Shown: positions 63,201-64,000 of the stretch, piece by piece | How positions within the stretch are numbered: position 1 is the first letter of the stretch | How the letters are laid out: each line of letters starts with the position of its first letter | From: Psammoneis japonica | Lineage: Eukaryota | DNA length: 64,000 nt | Direction: 5' to 3' | Assembly: GCA_008632985.1 (NCBI GenBank) | Contig: QPGO01000058.1 | Location: 372,001-436,000 of the forward strand | Made by a program: the position numbers and the translations under genes | The notes under the pieces: model-generated | The model's input: the letters and a program-made list of their open reading frames with translations, nothing else | Database searches by the model: none | What the model was told of the DNA's origin: nothing

Positions 63201-64000
63201 TGACATTGTGGAGCTGATCTTTGCTGATCAAACCAAGCTGTCTGCTGATGTCCAAGACCCTGATTTGCCTTTTTTATGCTTTGGATTGCAGCTGTCTGGC
63301 TTGCCATGAAAGAGGGAGGCAGGGGGGCAAGGTGCCATTTTGTTCCTGTCAAAGGTGAGTTGTGCAAAGAAAGCCACTGCCCCACAACCTGCAAGATTTG
63401 TGGGCTCTGCCACAAAGGAGACAACCTTGGCCATCACCTCATTGGCTGTCAGCCCATGGCTGTGTTGACTGTCTTTTGTGCCAACATGGCTGGCACTCTA
63501 ACTGCAGATGCTGAACTCTGGGCATTTCATCAAGGGGCGTGCTGGTGTCCTTTTGGGCTCTGAGGTCTTGCCATGATTCTCTGGATGCACACGGCTGGAG
63601 AGCTCAGCTCTCAAGCTGACAGACATTGCTGCATGCTCAACTGCATTGAGAACTGCTTTGTTGCTTTTGCCTTTTGAGCCACTCTTGCCATTGAAATCTC
63701 CAGCCTCTCTTGCACTCTTTTTCTGCCTTGCACAAATGCTTGTCACCATCGTTGCTGGCAAGAGAAGGTTGAGTCTCCTTTGAAGAGCCACGCAACAGCA
63801 TGCAGAGCATGTTCTTTTGCACATGTTGCCTCATGTCTTTTGCCATTCTTGCCTTTGCCACAACATTTGTGGCTCTTCTTGACAGCAAGGCCATGGTTGG
63901 TGCCTCAATTTTGTCATTTTCTTGGTTCTTCTGTGCATTGTCAGCATGCTTGAGGGTGCGCAAATTGCCTTTTTTGATGCTGCCAAAACAGAAAAGTTGG

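Larger units (their letters stand above)
58445..64000. other. TpA/CpG-depleted hypermutated block 5 (runs off window end)
   Basis: TA disappears about 200 bp upstream of the ATPase start codon. The 60270-64000 part could not be assigned. Confidence 0.88.

Overview
Eukaryotic nuclear DNA, most likely from a pennate diatom. This is inferred from short GT-AG introns, CoDi-type Copia elements and a stand-alone HstK-like STAND ATPase. About a dozen ordinary genes (metallophosphoesterase, SMP-30-like propeller, GT34-like and fucosyltransferase-like glycosyltransferases, RanBP2-type zinc-finger protein, ORC3-like, DYRK1-like kinase, secreted beta-propeller, TTL-like ligase, STAND ATPase) alternate with five sharply bounded blocks covering roughly 35 kb. 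These blocks hold dead transposons and pseudogenes: a full-length Copia, a second deleted Copia, a CRE-like non-LTR element, possible hAT relics and Cys-rich pseudogenes. The main observation is that these blocks have lost almost all TpA as well as CpG dinucleotides, both replaced by TpG/CpA. Conserved Tyr codons of the retroelements have become Cys or His. Aligned repeat copies show TA/TG/CA at the same site, and the surviving TA sites are mostly YTAR. This points to a repeat-targeted, strand-symmetric TpA>TpG/CpA (A>G) hypermutation, opposite in direction to fungal RIP and not explained by 5mC deamination. Several host genes carry apparent frameshifts that are probably assembly indels. All counts were made by hand and are approximate.
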